From assembly GCA_030141605.1 (NCBI GenBank), contig JAQGDQ010000350.1:166098-230097 (forward strand): a stretch of 64,000 nucleotides of DNA, in the 5' to 3' direction. The DNA comes from Tubiluchus corallicola. Taxonomy: Eukaryota; Animalia; Priapulida. Below are positions 63,487 through 64,000 of this stretch, piece by piece; the stretch's first letter is position 1; the number at the start of each line of letters is the position of its first letter. Made by a program: the position numbers and the translations under genes. Under the pieces are notes generated by a model. That model was not told the DNA's origin. It saw only the letters and a program-made list of their open reading frames with translations, and ran no database searches.

Positions 63487-64000
63487 TGCAACAACCAATT
63501 CACTAACTAAAGTTCACAAATCTTGGAGTTTGTAAACAATAAACACACAGAATAAAAACTGATTTAGAAACAACCAACAGCCTAACAACATTGTGAGTGA
63601 GTTAAACATAACATGTTTTCTAACAAACCTTACAAAAAAATCTACTATTAGCCTTCAAATGACTCGAAATAGCTGACCTTTATTTAAATATTTGAGCACA
63701 GTGCCTTATAGTGCTTACAATTATGAATTTATTCCACAGCAACTCAAACATACATATAAATTGATATAACATTGAAAAAAATAAATAAACTATGCGAGTT
63801 ACTGTGAGGAGGGGGAAGGAGCATTGAGCTTTCGAGTCCTCCTCCAGATAAGTGAAACAATTGACAATTAACATTAAATTTTCATCAGTTATAGCGTACA
63901 TTAGAACAAAATAAGTTTTGTTAGTAACTTAAGATCAGGATGAGTAAAATTGTGAGTTAATTATACCGTTGTAGTAGGTAATTCTTTGATGCTTTTTTAA

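Overview
AT-rich, intron-containing genomic DNA from an animal, probably an invertebrate; the taxon cannot be fixed from the sequence. I spliced exons by hand, which recovered several genes the ORF track misses or fragments. Genes: (1) a 3-exon secreted 8-Cys CS-alpha-beta defensin-like gene (+, 915-1911), apparently nested in an intron of (2) a putative 3-exon antisense gene for a secreted Cys-rich/Thr-rich protein (-, 469-2935); (3) an 11-finger C2H2 zinc-finger gene (-); (4,5) a tandem pair of 7-exon trypsin-fold (S1A) genes (-), one with an intact His/Asp/Ser triad and one an intact-ORF pseudoenzyme (His->Arg, Ser->Ile); (6) AIMP1/p43 (+, 6 coding exons). Mobile elements: a near-intact Bel/Pao LTR retrotransposon carrying two nested hAT-like MITEs, a truncated RTE LINE with an 18-bp TSD, a probable RTE-derived SINE-like element, a LINE 3' fragment and several other MITEs. 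The most unusual structure is in the active protease gene. The splice acceptor plus the first 27 codons of the catalytic-Asp exon are amplified into 13 tandem 102-bp variant copies, and the end of the catalytic-His exon appears to have been amplified earlier into a degenerate array. All coordinates and translations were read by eye; no database searches were run.
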